The notes below the pieces were generated by a model, which saw nothing but the letters and a program-made list of their open reading frames with translations, was not told the origin of the DNA and searched no databases. The position numbers were made by a program, and so were the translations under genes. From positions 39,804,001 through 39,868,000 of the forward strand of contig CM022670.1 of NCBI GenBank assembly GCA_012295275.1: a stretch of DNA of 64,000 nt, given 5' to 3'. This stretch comes from Chrysomallon squamiferum. Taxonomy: Eukaryota; Animalia; Mollusca. Shown piece after piece: positions 1-14,103 of the stretch. Positions within the stretch are counted from its first letter, which is position 1, and each line of letters opens with the position of its first letter.

Positions 1-38
1 TAATAAAATAATACTGAGTAATCTCTTTGTGTGATCAG

Positions 39-3000
39 GATCAAAGAAAGACGCAGACGACGGAGGTTTCACTCTGTGTAACCTCAACCCTTCATCCCGA
101 GGGTCAGCTCCCAACATCTTCACTCAGTCCCTTGCTCCATCTGGCCAGTCTGAGCCCTGCAGGACTTCCAAAATAACCTACATCACCGACTCCAACTATT
201 CTCACGTTCCAAACTACGCTCGCCACTCTCACGGACGGCACATGCGCAGGTTAAGAGAGTACGATTCGGACACCGGCTACCGCAGCGACCCGGAGGTGAT
301 GAAGTTCCACCAGCGAGTTCTTCACGACCAGAGGCCTCACACCTTATCTCACGCTCCAAAGTCCTTTCACGTTCGGACTCGCGAGGGAGGCTATTCCAGT
401 GACGTTGAGACTTACTCGGGCAAAACGCGAGAAGCAGCGTTCAGGATCCCTTCTCTTGCACACCAGGTGACGTCAAACAGTCTGCCGTACGACCTTCACA
501 ACCAGATCCAGAGGTCGGACAGTGGCTGCTCCAGTGTGCCGCATTCCAGGAGAATCCTGATGAACAACGAAGACCTGTGCAACCAGAATGAGGAGAAAAC
601 CGGTGTCAAGACGCCCACTCCTCTGTTGTTGCCCTGGAAAGTCCCTCACCCAGTCTCTTCCACAGGAACAGGTTTATTGATCAGAGCACCCCAGTGACTC
701 TGGAACCTCCCCAGAGCTTCCCTCCCTCCACCCACAGCTTTGCACCCCAGGGCAGCCAGCCCGTGCCCTCGCCGAACTGCTGAAGATGCAGACTACCAGA
801 GAGAGTTCAGACATGAACTTTACACAGTTCTGGAGGAGAGGCAGCACAAACAGGCAGAGGCTAAACAGATGGTGAGAAAGATTTTTAATATTTTTTTGTC
901 TCTCACTACGTTTGTTAGCTGAAAGAAAGACAAAAAAGGAAATGTTTATATAGATTGAATTTGTAGTTAAAATTAGGCAATGTGGAGAGAAAAAAAAAAT
1001 AACAATAAAATTGATAGTAAAATCATAATAAAATATTAATTTTGAAAGGTTTCTTCTATTTTGAAATTGTTTGGTTTATAAAATAAAACAATTTTGGGAT
1101 TATTATTGAAATTTGAGGAGTGTTTCATTTGAAATGAATTATTTTATTTTTTGGTCTGTAGAATATTTTCCATTAAAATAATTTATCATTGAAAAATGTA
1201 TTATTCAATGTCATTAAAATAAAACATAATTATCAAAGGAAAAATAATTATTTTTTTAATATATAATTATTATTATTATTACAGTTATTATTATTTCCAT
1301 TATTATTATTATTTCCATTATTATTATTATTATTATTATTATTGTTGTTATTATTATTATTGTTACTATTATTTTTATTATTATTATTACTACTACTACT
1401 ATTACTTATATAATTATTATTATTATTATTATTATTAATGATTATTTATATTTAATGATTATGTTCACAGAGAGAAGTACAAAACAGCTCTCAGCAAATG
1501 AAACTTCCCCCTTACATTCCTGCCCCACCTTACAGACACACCCCTGAACACCCCTCATCGTGTTCTTCAGAAGATCGCTCTCACGCCAACTCCCCACGCA
1601 ACTACTGTGATCCTTCCCGGACAACGTCGGAGACCCAGCGCAAGAACTACTCCGATTCACCAAAGAACTACTCTGACCTGCCTCGGAACTATTCCAGCTC
1701 TCTGAGGACTTTTTGTGATTCACCCGGGAACTATTCCCAACGAGAAAAACAAAGTGTTAGTGATGTGGCCGATGGTGGCATTTCCAACTTAATGCGAGAC
1801 TACGAGACGCGGAACAGGAATCAGTCTCAACAGAGCGAAGGACGGAGACATTCTCAGAACTACAGCGCTGACAGTGGCAGGTTCAGAAGTCCTCAAAGTG
1901 CTCAAAGTCCTCACAGTGCTCACAGTGCTCAAAGTGCTCCCAGTGCTCACAGTGCCTTCTCTGGAATTGGATCCTCTGAGAGCAGGTTCCAGAGGAGCAG
2001 GTCGAATTCGAGGACTAACGAAGATGAACCCGATTCATCTCTGTACGTGTCTGCTGTCAAACCCAGCGCAAGTGGTGACTTCAACAACTCCAACTACAGT
2101 GACAAAAGGACTCAGAGTTTTTCTAGGACTAACAGCAACAGTTCAAATTTTGATCCCGACAGAACGTACGATTCAATACGGGAGCACACAATGCTGGAGG
2201 ACTTGACGAACTCCAGACCTTACAGCAGCAGTCCCCAGCACGGCAATAAAGACGGTTATTCTTCCAGAGACAGGCCGAGGTCTTCGGGTTACGAATCTCC
2301 TCAAGGTGCGTACAACCCAGCACCCCACTCCACCATGGAGCCAGTGGACTCCGCATATCCAGTGATGACCAGGTACGAGGATGTGGAAATGTTTAAGAGT
2401 GAACCTTCATCTCAGGTGTCTAGTTCGACAGACAGTGGATATGGTCACAGTCATCACCTGTATGAGAAACTCAGCAACTACTCCCACAGAGTCCCAGGTG
2501 AGTCTTCACGATTTGTCTCATGTTAAATGATCAGTTCTCATTCCATTCACTGTTAGAACACTTTCAGTACATTCACATTCCTGTCTGTAGATGATCATAA
2601 TTGTAATACTGGAGTAACTGGTGTTCTGACATGATGGAATTTCAGTGTACTAGTTCAGTGTATTGAGTTGTCATTATGTAAATATTCATTTGCAAAACTG
2701 TCTTTATAATAACCTAGAAGTCAAGGCCATAATAAATGCTTATAAATTTGCTCTGGATTACCATTTTAGGTCAAGGGTCTTAAACAAATTAGATCATATT
2801 TGCATTTTTGTTTTATTATTATTATTATTATTTTTTTTTTTCAATTAGCTTTCTGTGAAAATTTACAAATCTCAATTTAATAATAGCAAAACTAGTTTTC
2901 AGTGGTTGAACCTGCTGTGCATTCATTTTGTCATTTACAAATCTAACATCTTTGATTACATAAATCAATTTTATCTTCGAAAACTTGTTGGTGTTTTCAT

Positions 3001-4729
3001 TAAGTTTGAAGGTCTGATGTTGAATGACTGCAGACAGTAAACAAAACATTGCTAAACAAACCATACATTCACAAACACACAGACCTATACTCACAAACCC
3101 ACACACACACACATTATTATACACACACACGCACACTCACCCTCCAAATACACAAGCACACACATACACACATACACACACACGTGATTATGCACACATA
3201 GCTCTATGTTGATTTTTTAAATTTTCTTCAGATCATCAGACGAGACAGTCATCGTCGCCATCATCTCATCCTCACTGCATGTCACGCTGCAACAGTTCCT
3301 CTTCACGAGAAATCCAGGTGTCTGGCTCGTCAAGGGAGGGAACTCCTATAAAGGAAGAAGACGAGAATGTATATTATCAGGAAGAAAAAGATTTGGTAAC
3401 TGTTTTAAAACACCATTCACAAAATGTATTTGTTTATTAATTTTATTTTTTTTACCATTTTTTTTTTTTTTTTTTTTTTTTTACTTGAAAAAATATAATA
3501 TTATTTTTAAAAAAAGGAGAAATTTTGATTTAAGTACAATATGAAATAAAAATAATTTGATACAGTAAACTCAATTTTTTTCTTCCTCATAATAAATTGT
3601 TTTTCTCTCTCTTTTAAAAGATTCGAGTCGCCATTAAAAAGAATCCAGGTCTTGGTTTCAGTATAGGTGGTGGTTGTGGTTCCTATGGTAATCCATACAG
3701 GAAAGGTGATGTGGTAAGTTCTGAACATATTTGTAAATCAAAACAGACACGACAGAGAAATATGTCTTCAGTAATAAAAATATCTGTACGTATATTGTTT
3801 TATTTTACTAAAATTTATGTTTTAACATAAAATGATTACAGTTGTATCCAATTGTAGTAAATCTAGTTAAAAATATTTTCCTTATTAAAAAAAATTATAA
3901 TATTAGTTACATAAACCTAAAAATTTATTAAATGACCACTATAACTGATAAAACAGAATTCGTTTAGAAAAAAACAACAACATACATATGTTATTCAATT
4001 TACACATTTTATTTTAGGGCATCTTTGTGACAAAGATCCAGCCTAATGGGCCAGCTTCACAATACCTTCAGTCTGGAGACAAAATAATTACAGTGTGTTG
4101 TTTTTCTGTTGTTTTGTTTTCATTATTTTACTGTTAAATCTCTGTTTTTGTCACCTTTTGTTTCTGCATTTACACACACACACAAACAAAAAAAAAAAAA
4201 CATTTAAATTAAAAATTGAAGAAAAAAAAGAATAATGAAAACTATCATCTTGAAAAGTACCATCAATAAATATTATTTTACATTATCACCCTTATGAAAT
4301 TTAAAAATAAAACAAAAAAAAATGCATCAGGAAATTTGACCTTACTATTTGGATTTGCAGTTGAGATTATTATTAATATTTTTTGATTATTTGTAAATCT
4401 TGATATTTAATTTCAAGTGAAAATATATATTTCAAAAACTGAATGTAGCTGTAACTGTATTAACATGCAGAAACAGAAACAATTAGGTTTTTTGGTGTTG
4501 GTGGCTATCAAAACCACAATAAATTGATGTTAATAATTCTGTTTGAAATGAATTAAGAGTATTGTTTTCCCCTAAGAGTAACATTCTATAAATTTGTTTT
4601 TTTCTTTTTCAGGTAAATGGTACAGACTTCACAAAGATAGATCACAACCATGCAGTGTCTGTGTTAAAAAACTCTACTTCCACTGTTAACCTGCTGATAG
4701 AGAGACTGCAGAAAGTCAACATTGTCTGA
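39..4729 (+). CDS. 3' part of an Erbin/LRRC7(densin)-like LAP-family protein: long Ser/Pro-rich region plus C-terminal PDZ domain (5' end lies upstream of window)
   Basis: GT-AG exons 39-871, 1471-2497, 3232-3395, 3621-3713, 4018-4092, 4613-4729 (TGA 4727-4729) join in phase. The last three encode IRVAIKKNPGLGFSIGGGCGSYGNPYRKGDVGIFVTKIQPNGPASQYLQSGDKIITVNGTDFTKIDHNHAVSVLKNSTSTVNLLIERLQKVNIV*, which closely resembles the Erbin/densin PDZ (KNPGLGFSI.GG..G.GNPF...D.GIFVT.VQP.GPAS..LQ.GDKI). Exon 39-871 has an in-frame TGA at 695-697 (see findings). The LRRs are not in the window. Confidence 0.85.
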
Positions 4730-7700
4730 CCTTGGGTTTATTAGTTTTTTACAATTTTAAAATTTAAAAAAAAAGGTCACATAATTTAAAATTTTCACTA
4801 AAAATACTTCTCACGACTGAAGTTATTGAACTGGCTGGGAGCTGCTGATTATTCCTGGTAAAAGTGAAAAAAGGATTTGCCTCCTGAATGCAAATGATGG
4901 ACAAAAAAGATGGCGCGATTACAGAATCAGAAACACTGAGGGATTCAAGCCTTTAGATAACAATCAGTACAGTCTGTTTGTTGAGAAATATCATCAGTTT
5001 ATTGTCCGTGTTGTTTTAAGTCTTCACAGACCTATGATAATAACTGGCATGTTCAGACAAAGCAATTGTTCAAAACAGAAATGACAGCAGAAAAGAAAAA
5101 AAAAAAAAACCAAGAAGCAATATTTTTGACACTTGCAGAAGACAGCATCTAATTAGAAATTTGTTATAATTTTTTTTATTTTTTTTTTTTTTAAATATGC
5201 ACATATCAGCAAATTAAAACAAAAAATAAATTAAAATAAAGATGATGTTGTTGTTAAGCAAAAGATTTAAATATGTGCTATTATTTCTTTTAATATCCAT
5301 TCCTCTAGTTCCATTCTGTCAGTTAGTAAAGGAGTGCTCAAAGGAATTGTGTGATGTTTTAAAAATCTTTTTCTAAATACACCCTTTTTTGGTTTATTTT
5401 CTGAAACTTTTACATTTTGTTATATTAGTGCTTCAGCACAAACTACTTCAATATAAATCATCACATACAAATAAAATATTAATCACTTCAGTTTACAAGA
5501 TTTTGTTATCTCCCTTAAAGAATACAGAGTTACCTCCCATAAACTTTTTATTATGTTAGCAATAAAAATCATATTAATGATATACATTAGCTGATCAACT
5601 TGACTGCCAATAATGATATCTTACTTTTTAATTTTTAAAAATTTATATTTAATATTTTTTTTAAATGTATAAACATGTGCAGTTTATTAGTAAATTCTGA
5701 AATTTGGTTAACATATTGGTAACATTTAGTGTGATATTTGTTTAAGAACAAAGTAAGTCTGTGATTTCTTTTGAGTAAATTATTTTTAATTAAAAGGGTT
5801 AAATTACCAATGAAATGCTGATATGCAAATTTATATGAGAATTAAAATGTGCTCTGCAGAAATGTCTCAGTAAGATAACATTCAGTTAACAAGATTAAGG
5901 AAGAGACCATTGTGCTCACATCATTTGAATATCTTGCAACATTCTAGCAGTTATGTGTAATTTCTTATTAACAATATAAATCTGGACACTGTTGCTTTGT
6001 TACTAAACATTAGTGCCTTTAATATGAGTGTTTGTTAAATTTTAAATTACTGATCTAAATGTGCCTTTTATAATAATAATAATAATAGTAACACATTTCA
6101 TATAAGCACATTATAAAACAATATTTTTTCAATGAGTAATTTAATGTTAATAAGACATTAAAATATTTTGGTTGAATGAATTTGATCATCGTGACATGTT
6201 GTAAATTAATCCAAACTATTAAATGAAGTAATAAATAATAAATAAAGTTTAATGCTGATCAGTAATTTCATTGGATTTTTGCAATACTGAAACAAAAACA
6301 AAATAAAAAAATAAAATGTGTGATTAATAAATGTTTCAATTGTTTTCTGATGAGATAAGAATAGCTTTTATACTTTCTTTCTTCAGTAATCTGAATGACA
6401 TTCTTTTGAATCTGTCAAGAAAACAGAATGAATAATTGAAAATGTGACAGGAGGTTATGAAATGGAAAAGTTGATCTCCGTCAAGAATTAGTGCTTTTTG
6501 TAATACATTGATTTTATTGAGCTTTATGCAGCACATACTTATGTTTTTGTTTTTAGATTGATTTTTTCATCATTATTTATTTATTTTTTTATTGTTATTT
6601 AACTTGTTAATATTCAAGGATGTCTTTGCTGTTAGTACTTATGTTTTAATTTTTTATATAAAAAATACATTTTGCACAGATAACAAAATAGAATAAATTA
6701 TCATTTATTTTTAATGTTTATATTGCAATCAAAAAACCAGTTTTTGAATATTTTGTTTTAAATATTTTGAACAGAAAAAAAAAAAAAACAACTTGGTATC
6801 AACCTTTCTTTCAGGAAATATTCCTTTAAATATTAATTTTGAAACTATAGCAAATTATCATTAAAGATGTCACTGATCATTCCCACAACTGTTTTGTGTT
6901 AATACATTACATCATCATGGTCTTGCAGCATTCTCTTTTTATAGAAAACTGTTCAGGTAATGTTTACGTAATGTGTATTTAACAAGGAACCTAAAATGGA
7001 TGCCATAACTTTCTTCTATATGCCACTATTACATCATTTTCTAACTTGGTGATTTGAACCATAATGTGATGTGAAAACTTTGACAATGTGTCACTAAAAG
7101 CCATGTAACAAATGATTGTAGAGTATAACAAATGATTGTAGTAATTAATCATACCCTGCGACCAATATAAAATTTAAATAGTGGTGGACACCTTTAAAAT
7201 CAACTAATTGAAAATGGCCTTGAAAGGAAAAAAAAAATAAAGCTAAAGAATGACTGCTTTTATTTAACATTAAACACTGGTAGGTAATGTATGCTGTTGA
7301 ATTGGATACTCAAAACAGGCCTGCTTGAACCCTCCAGATTTGAAGCCACGTTTGAAACCCATTAACAAATTTCTAGTTACATGTCAAGTTCAGGAGTACT
7401 GGTGTAAGTTAATTCAGTTTTTAATTATGTTGTTTTACCTTTTTTTAATTTTTACTCTGTTTTTATGAAACTGCATTCCAAAGCAATTAAGACATCTCAA
7501 AAATAACTTTATAATTTCATTAATGATTTACATTACTTTTTAGCAGTATTTTTTAAAATTCATTTTATTATAGTGTATACATTATTCCATACATTTCTTT
7601 TCTTGCTCACCTTTTGTGATGAATATATGGCAGCAGCAACATCTTCTAGTGTATCAAGTCCATTTTGTCTTATTATTATATTTCAGGTCATTTCATATAG

Positions 7701-9459
7701 GATATCAAAATTTGTATCAATAGCAAAAAAATCATCCGACATGCCTGAAATCCACTGTTAAATATGTACATTTTTGTAAATATCTGTACAGAGAACCTTC
7801 ATTTTATATTCATCTTTTGGAAAGTAGTTAATTCAGTATTCACATTTTTGTACAATAAAATTATTTGTTTGTAAATATGGCTTTATGGTTTTATGTTGAT
7901 GACAATCTGAAATACACAAGGTATAAATTAAATTAAGGTAACTTGTTATATTGTAAACACTTAAAGGAAATAACTGCTTCATTGTTCTGGTTTCAAGCTT
8001 CTTAATATAAACATTAACATAGAATTAACTAATTAGTATACAGACTTATCCGACTTGGTTGACTATATACGGAAAAAATACTGCCCATTTTTATAAATTT
8101 AAAAAATTTAAAAATTAAATAAAAATGTTGTGATAATAATAATAAAATAAAATAAATATAAATAAAAATAAAATTAATATAATAAGAATATACTATTATA
8201 TATTAATGAATGAGTTTTATAGTAACATACAGGTTTCAGACACTTGAATTCATTTGTTTGGACTCGTTGACAAAGTAAGAAATTTGAATATAATCATAAA
8301 GCAAAACAACTGAAGCTCGGGAAAATAATGAAATACTGGCAAAATTTTAAACTAATAATAAATTACATGTGTGATTCTGTAAACTTGTACGAAAGAATGA
8401 AACAATTTCTTTTAAAGATTATTTTATTTATTATTATTATTATTATTATATTATTAAAATGCTAGACAACTTACGTAACTGTACAATACCATTAAGTTGA
8501 AATTTAATCAAGCTTTTATAAATGATTTTTATTTTGTAAAACATTTAAAATTAAATAATATATATATATATAAATTAATAATAATAAATAAAGAAATAAA
8601 AAAAGGTTTATTACATTATTTTTGTTTAAGTAGCCAAATGCAACAGAAAACGATCTATTAAGTTTCTATTGAGATGTCAAATAATTATTGTATCGAAAGG
8701 GAAGTAATTGCAGGTGTTTGGTGTAGAGAATTACCGTAACGACCGAAATAGATCGTCAGGAACTGTATGAGAGGAGGAAGAAGTAGAAGAGAGCAACGGC
8801 AGCACGACAACAGAAAACATTAAAATAGTAAAATAAAAATAAATCATTTAATAAATAAAAATAAAAAATAAAACATCTTGGTTTGATGTCACATATGTTA
8901 AAGTACAAAATTTCGTATACAACCCAAATAGAAACTGTAATTTCTCTACATATGGTCGTTAACAGAAATTCATATTTAACAACTTTCATTTTCGACATAA
9001 ACCCTTTAGAGATTTCTATCACAGATTTTCGGTATTAGAAGATCATGGGGCTTTAAAGAATGTGCACAAAACACCAAAGTGTGCATGATAGCAACAGTTT
9101 TATCAATAATTTGGTCACTGTCTTACAGTTATTCGTGTAGCATCGGCAACAGTATTATTAAAAAAAAAAACTTTCTTGATTGTGAATTTTTAATTTACGA
9201 ATAAATAAAATAAACGAATGTATTCTAGGTTTATCTGTCACTGTACCTCTCTGTTTAATTTATTATTTATTATTATTTTTATTGTTGTTGTTGTTGTTGT
9301 CATTGTTGTTGCTGTAACAGTAGTAATAGTAGTTGTAGTAACAGCAGTAATTATATTGAGATTTTGTGAGCAGTCGTTCTTTACTTACTAGACATTTGAT
9401 TTTTCAATCAGTATTTTTCGGTATATTTCGAATCGTGTCGGGGAATTGTTTGACCATTG

Positions 9460-9479
9460 ATTCTGGAAACGTCTAGAAA
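9460..9479 (+). promoter_or_regulatory. Heat-shock element upstream of first DNAJB gene
   Basis: aTTCtgGAAacGTCtaGAAa is four alternating nGAAn/nTTCn units, one imperfect, about 120 nt upstream of the ATG of an Hsp40 gene. Confidence 0.75.
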
Positions 9480-9487
9480 CTTGTGGC

Positions 9488-9511
9488 AATACCCATCCGG
9501 AAATGACATAA
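9488..9511 (+). promoter_or_regulatory. Conserved core-promoter block (ETS/CRE-like composite), copy 1
   Basis: AATACCCATCCGGAAATGACATAA is identical to 14028-14051 upstream of the paralogue. Both copies are followed by a GCCATTA (YY1-like) motif. Confidence 0.7.
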
Positions 9512-9597
9512 ATTGTTTGCGTGCGCCATTATTTAGTATAAGGCGAAGTTACTTGTAACTAACGTTTTTCGACTGTCAAGATTTTCAGTGGATCATC

Positions 9598-10659
9598 ATG
9601 ACGGGAAAAGATTATTACAAGGTTCTAGGAGTTTCAAAGGGGGCAAGTGAAGATGAGATTAAGAAGGGTTATCGTAAAATGGCCCTTAAATATCACCCAG
9701 ATAAAAATAAATCACCTGGGGCTGAAGAAAAATTTAAAGAAATAGCTGAAGCCTACGAAGTTTTAAGTGATCCAAAGAAGAAAGAAATTTATGATCAATA
9801 CGGAGAAGAGGGATTGAAAGGAGGAGTTGGAGGACCTGGCCCAGGAGGTGCAACCGATATGGGAGGTCAAAACTTTCAATACTCTTACAGCGGAAACCCG
9901 CATGAAACTTTCCGTATGTTTTTCGGAGATGAAAACCCATTCGCAGGATTTTTTACAACAGGTGGTGGAGGTATGGGTGGACATAGAAGTGCACCAACCT
10001 TCTTTCAGTCATACGGAGGTGAGGACATGGATACTGATGACACTACTTTCGCTAGTTTTGGAGGTGGTGGAAATCAGTTTAGAGGAATGGGCGAAGGAGT
10101 GCAAAGGAAAAAACAAGATCCACCAGTTATTAAAGAACTGCCAATTGCATTAGAGGACATTTACAAAGGTACAACCAAAAAATTAAAGATTGTACGTAAA
10201 GTCTTGAATCCTGATGGCCGTACAGTCAGGAATGAAGACAAAATTCTAACAATCGATGTAAAACCTGGATGGAAAGCAGGAACCAAAATAACATTTCCTA
10301 AAGAAGGTGATCAGACTCCTAGAAATATTCCAGCAGATATTGTGTTTATTATTAAAGACAAACCTCATCCATTATTTGTTCGTGATGGTAGTGACATCAA
10401 GTATAAAGCGAAACTATCTCTGAGGGAAGCACTGTGTGGTACAACATTAGTTATCCCTACACTAGATGGACGTAAAATACCACTGAACCTAAATGAAATT
10501 ATCAAACCTGATTCTACAAAGAGAATTCAAGGGGAAGGTTTGCCTTTGCCTAAACAACCTTCAAGACGAGGAGATCTTATTGTACAGTTTAATGTTACCT
10601 TTCCCGATCACCTCTCTCCAGCAGTTAAACAAAGACTGTCAGAATGCTTACCGAAATAA
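9598..10659 (+). CDS. DnaJ homolog subfamily B (DNAJB1/4/5-like, class II Hsp40), intronless, 353 aa
   Basis: Uninterrupted ORF with J-domain (GKDYY...[11 protein letters not shown] motif), G/F-rich linker and C-terminal substrate-binding domains ([26 protein letters not shown]). Confidence 0.97.
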   Translation: MTGKDYYKVLGVSKGASEDEIKKGYRKMALKYHPDKNKSPGAEEKFKEIAEAYEVLSDPKKKEIYDQYGEEGLKGGVGGPGPGGATDMGGQNFQYSYSGNPHETFRMFFGDENPFAGFFTTGGGGMGGHRSAPTFFQSYGGEDMDTDDTTFASFGGGGNQFRGMGEGVQRKKQDPPVIKELPIALEDIYKGTTKKLKIVRKVLNPDGRTVRNEDKILTIDVKPGWKAGTKITFPKEGDQTPRNIPADIVFIIKDKPHPLFVRDGSDIKYKAKLSLREALCGTTLVIPTLDGRKIPLNLNEIIKPDSTKRIQGEGLPLPKQPSRRGDLIVQFNVTFPDHLSPAVKQRLSECLPK

Positions 10660-11991
10660 TTATTCTTAGGATAAAAATTGTGTGTGTGTATAAAAGTGCT
10701 TTTGAGGAATATTCTTGGAATAAACAGATGAGTTCTAACTTTAATTAAAACTATCAAAAAATAATACAAATGTGGAACTGAACAATTTGAAGTGTGAACA
10801 TATATCCAATTCAACATATATATTCAAAGTATATTTGTAAATTTAGATCACAGTAGTCTATTATCAAATAATATGAAGTGTATTTCTTGCAGATAAATCT
10901 TTGAAAATTGAAGTTCTTTAAAAAACCAGAAACCATACTGACATTCTGGACACTTTAAAATCTTGTGCCTTGGAATGATTATTAAAGTATTTTATGGTAA
11001 TCAGTGTTCCAGAGGTTATGTTTGTAACATTGAAAAAAAAAATAAAAAAAATAGGATGACTACAAAATAAACCTGTTGGACATTAGTATTTATAATTAAT
11101 TTATGAAACTGGGAGATGTAGCTGGACTCAAAAATGATTAATTGCACAAAAGAATTGTGAGGCTGTATGATAGGTTTAAAATGCTTATAGATTTTAAAAT
11201 TATTATTTTGTGTTTACTTACATATATTGTTCATCATTTTTCTAACTTGTTTGTCGCTGGCTGAATATTTTTTGATTCAATAGTGTTCGCTCTTTTCTTT
11301 TTTTTTTTTTTTCTTTTTTTTTTCAACATTTTATTTCATTTATTATTATTATTATATATTTTATATGAAAATACTTGTTTCCTGTATATTGTCACGCATT
11401 TAACACTGGCATTATTTGACATTTTTGTGTATTACATACTTCAGGTTGACGGTCTCAGTTGGCTAAGACATCTTTAAAAGTAATGTTTAATGTTAAATTT
11501 GTTTCATTTTTGTTTTTATTTTTATGATGTTGTTCATGTTGATTTCAGATTTTGCTTACACTGTGCTCACATGAAAATAAAGATAAAATATAACTAAAAC
11601 TTTTTTTTGCTGTTTTTATTTTTCATAATATGAATTATCAAAAGACGATAAACACATTTACAAAAGAATGGTAATAGTATTTGAACAAATAAGAGTTATT
11701 AATTATACACTATCGGTGAACTTTAGATCAGAAATTTGTATTGCCAGATGACCTCAAATTAGATGATTTCTGGAATAATATTTTAAAGATTAAACTTTTT
11801 AAAGAAGATTAATTTAAATTTCAGCAGGAAGAAAAAATGCATTTTAATTATTTTACATCAGCCCTTGTCAATTGTCCACTTTATCAGGTCTTTAATAAAA
11901 AAATAAATAATAAAGTAAATAGTTTCAACTTGAATTAGAATATTATTTCATACAAATGAATTCTAGCCTTGTACATTTTTTTAAATTACTA

Positions 11992-12022
<31 letters not shown>

Positions 12023-12411
12023 CTGTATTTTTAAAAGGATGCCTTATGTTACTTTTTACTTGGGTGAAATTGCCATGTAACCAACAAGATTAATATGTAA
12101 AACTTGGAAAGAAAAAAGTGTGCTTTGTTGTAATAGATTTAACCAAAAAAATAAAAAATAAAAAAAATAAAACAAGCAGAAAGCCCTATCTAATAATTGT
12201 TAAGCTATTTTGAATAATAATTTGTGAATTTTGGGCTGTTCACTGATTTGTAAGTATCTTTCTGTGTTCAGTATAAGTTACAACTGAATATCTGTAAAAG
12301 GACAGTTAATGAACATTATTCCTTTGATTTAACAAGACTTGGACATCTGCTGATATCATATGCACCAAATTGTTAGAATTAAACTAATCCCCATCAAACA
12401 AATGCAACATG

Positions 12412-12614
12412 CAGGGCCCTTGTGAATCTCAATTTTTCTATCAAATCAAATATTTAAAAATATTCAAATCACATATTTGAAATCTTCAAATCAAATCAAA
12501 TTTCGAATCTCAAATATCTTGGAGAACAATCAAGAGTATTAAATACAGTTCATAATGGAATATTCAGCTCAGTAAAGGAAATGAGAAAGATTAAATAAAT
12601 ATTGACTGCATTTG

Positions 12615-12654
<40 letters not shown>

Positions 12655-12927
12655 GATGATTAAACATAATTACACATGGTTCGATGTAAATAATGAGCAA
12701 CTCATTTTTTAACTAAACAATATGTATGATAACAGTATTATCTGATTAACTGGTTATTCATATACATTTAATTTTTAAATGTGATATTTATTCCCCTCTC
12801 CATACTTTGTTTAATATTAATGTTGATAGTTAGCCAGGTGGTTTCTCCCTCTTTTCTGAATACACAAAAATAAAATCAGTTTGAATATTTAACACTTTGT
12901 ATACACATATAAAAGCAAGGGCCCATG
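12412..12927. mobile_element. Possible degenerate non-autonomous DNA element (hAT-like CAGGG termini)
   Basis: CAGGGCCCTTG (12412) and CAAGGGCCCATG (12916) are near-inverted ends, with subterminal TCAAAT(CAAAT) repeats at 12441-12520. No target-site duplication is visible. Confidence 0.35.
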
Positions 12928-12951
12928 AAATCTTTTTCTTTCTTTTTCTTT

Positions 12952-12983
<32 letters not shown>

Positions 12984-13097
12984 GGCAATTCTCCATATGT
13001 GTCCCCAAAATTAATTTATAGCAATCCTGTTTGATACGAGAGATGCTAAGGGTGCATTAAGCTATATTCTGAATCAGTTTGTTGAATGATTAATGGG

Positions 13098-13138
<41 letters not shown>

Positions 13139-14027
13139 GAAATTAAAAGGTTTAAGTTGGTCGATGATACATATGTTGGCCTATATATGTTTAACTTTAC
13201 AGTACAGTACCGGTATTTTGTATTGCTTTGCTTCGTGCTAATTAAAAATTGTCTAATGAGCTGGTATTATTTTATTTGTTACTTAATTGTTTTATTTTCA
13301 ATATTATTCTTATATATTGTACGAAAGGAGAACGTGAAATTCGTTGGAGGGTCACTGGGGGATGTTGAAGTGTCCAAAGAAGCTTGAAGCCTAAGTGCAT
13401 AACCATTGGTTAATACGGAAATATCTAGGAGGAAAATAATTTTAGAGTGATCATTATAGTGGGGAGAATGGTAATACCTTTCACAAATCAAAACAATTAC
13501 ATTATTGGGTAATTATTTTTAATTCACTTACTGACGATAGAGCTACTCGTAATCAATTTGTGTCTCAGGTTTCATTTTTTATTTTTATGATTACAAATCG
13601 TATGTCGAAGAAAGGAATAAAAATAAAATCTAGAAACAGAGAGAAAACCTTGAAAGCATAATGTTGGCGCAGTTTAGGACGACGGGCTTAAGTGCTAATT
13701 GATTTCCTTGCGCAGTTTCAAGAATGCTGCGTGGTTAAGAATCGTAAAAATGCGCCGCGCAATCTTAAGAGGGCGCATATCGGTAAACCGCGTTGAACAT
13801 ACATATTTCCATATGAATTTAATTAATACACGCATATATATATATATATATATATACACATCCATCCATCCACATATATATATAATATATTAATCTGAAC
13901 AGAGAATCCCCGGTAAATGACTGGAGAACACGTCTGGGTTATCCATGTTTTATTAATAGATTTAGATAATATTAGAAATTCTGATTGGTCAATGTGGAAA
14001 AAAATGACGTTAACCTTAATTCCTGAA

Positions 14028-14051
14028 AATACCCATCCGGAAATGACATAA
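14028..14051 (+). promoter_or_regulatory. Conserved core-promoter block (ETS/CRE-like composite), copy 2
   Basis: 24/24 identity with 9488-9511. Preceded by an inverted CCAAT (ATTGG 13984-13988) and a CRE-like TGACGTTA (14005-14012). Confidence 0.7.
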
Positions 14052-14103
14052 GTTAAGATTTTGCGTCTGCCATTACTTCAACAGAAGTTTGAGAATAAGT
14101 GTC

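Noticed and set aside
1442-2356. Antisense and alternative-frame ORFs over the Erbin-like exon (similar ones at 9734-10153, 14269-14852, 55525-56371 and 59854-61342)
   Set aside because: Shadow ORFs of GC-richer coding exons with no recognisable domains.
4715-4729. C-terminal -VNIV of the PDZ protein as a PDZ-binding motif
   Set aside because: Asn at position -2 fits neither class I nor class II consensus.
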